Shown here: piece by piece, positions 63,502-64,000 of the stretch | Numbering within the stretch: the first letter of the stretch is position 1 | How the letters are laid out: every line of letters starts with the position of its first letter | Source of the DNA: Coriobacteriia bacterium | GTDB taxonomy: Bacteria > Actinomycetota > Coriobacteriia > Coriobacteriales > UMGS124 | NCBI GenBank assembly: GCA_963930185.1 | Contig: CAWVLT010000044.1 | Span: 45,403-109,402, forward strand | Direction: 5' to 3' | Length of the DNA: 64,000 nt | Translations under genes and position numbers: made by a program | The notes under the pieces: generated by a model | Databases searched by the model: none | What the model was told of the DNA's origin: nothing | What the model saw: the letters and a program-made list of their open reading frames with translations, nothing else

Positions 63502-64000
63502 ATGTCAGCAACCAATGGGAACGTAACGCGCCGAGCTTTTGTTGTGGGGAGCGCCTGTGCTGCAGCAGCCAGCACGATCGTTTCAGCCGCCGGCGGGATT
63601 GTCAATGCAGAGGAAGCGCCGTCTGAGCCTCAGGGGGCATCGGGGGATCAGGGGCTAATTCCTTCTGCGACGCTAAACCCACAGGACTATGATTATCGTC
63701 AGAACTCCGGAGACCTTTCCGCTGTTTTTTCTGAATGGAAGCTGGGCCCCCTGACGCTTTCGCATCGCATCGTTAAGTCTGCGGCGGGGTCAGACACCTG
63801 GAACAACGGCCTGGGCGAAGAGATGATCGAGTATTACATGAACTTCGCAAGAGGCGGCGTCGAGATGATTTGGGTGGAGAACTTTGCCAACCTTTTAACT
63901 AAGTATCCCGTTCCTTCAAAGACCGATCTGGACGAGTACGATACCAAGCAGCTCGTCGATCCGATTCATGAGGCGGGGGCGTATATTGGTTATCAGTTTG
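63502..64000 (+). CDS. Tat-signal OYE / enoate-reductase-type flavoprotein (5' part, runs off the window)
   Basis: Not in the ORF track because it is open-ended. ATG 63502 follows GGGAAGGGAG. Hand translation gives MSATNGNVTRRAFVVGSACAAAASTIVSAAGGIVNAEE...LTLSHRIVKSAAGSDTW...NFARGGVEMIWVE, colinear with the N-terminus of 13659-15896. Confidence 0.8.
   Translation, partial: MSATNGNVTRRAFVVGSACAAAASTIVSAAGGIVNAEEAPSEPQGASGDQGLIPSATLNPQDYDYRQNSGDLSAVFSEWKLGPLTLSHRIVKSAAGSDTWNNGLGEEMIEYYMNFARGGVEMIWVENFANLLTKYPVPSKTDLDEYDTKQLVDPIHEAGAYIGYQF

Noticed and set aside
1-64000. CRISPR arrays, rRNA genes, additional tRNAs
   Set aside because: No regularly spaced direct repeats, no rRNA-like conserved blocks and no second TTCGAAT-type T-arm context were seen. 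Only the single tRNA-Arg was found.

Overview
This is a high-G+C, actinobacterial-type chromosome segment interrupted by several stretches that look lower in G+C by eye (not computed). The dominant theme is a dense array of exported flavoenzyme reductases. There are seven FAD_binding_2 (FrdA/UrdA-like) genes, one of them carrying an in-frame amber codon. There are also two SdhA/SdhB-like pairs, two OYE/enoate-reductase-type genes (one truncated by the window end) and one NMO/FabK-like gene. All carry twin-arginine (Tat) type leaders, degenerate in the NMO-like gene (RG) and the pseudogene (RH). Almost every reductase sits next to a regulator: eight polytopic-membrane proteins ending in a LuxR/GerE HTH, and two LysR regulators beside the SdhAB-like pairs. 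This architecture is known from Eggerthellaceae/Coriobacteriia gut anaerobes, for example the Cgr2-type reductases of Eggerthella; the taxon assignment is inference only. No cytochrome, quinol dehydrogenase, membrane anchor or Tat machinery gene is present in the window. Other content: a phosphohexomutase, tRNA-Arg(CCT) with its terminator, and a decayed IS200-like element whose catalytic Tyr is replaced by Cys. There is an islet with an Rnl5/DraRnl-type RNA ligase and three XRE regulators, and an AlbA_2/Schlafen-domain protein. Also present are an alpha/beta hydrolase, a metQNI methionine importer, Hsp33, a third LysR regulator next to Hsp33, and a PIN/RelB-DinJ toxin-antitoxin pair. A Tat-signal serpin lies next to a transglutaminase-like lipoprotein, followed by HAD and GrpB genes and two gene remnants (Uma2, Rpn). 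The metQNI operon is preceded by a 33-codon upstream ORF with seven internal Met codons. The observations I consider most worth follow-up are the sensor-plus-exported-reductase modules (especially the anchor-less SdhAB-like pairs and the exported enoate-reductase-type enzymes), the Met-rich leader ORF, a conserved hairpin repeat bracketing about 13 kb of reductase genes, and a roughly 186-bp MITE-like palindrome. No CRISPR array or rRNA was seen.
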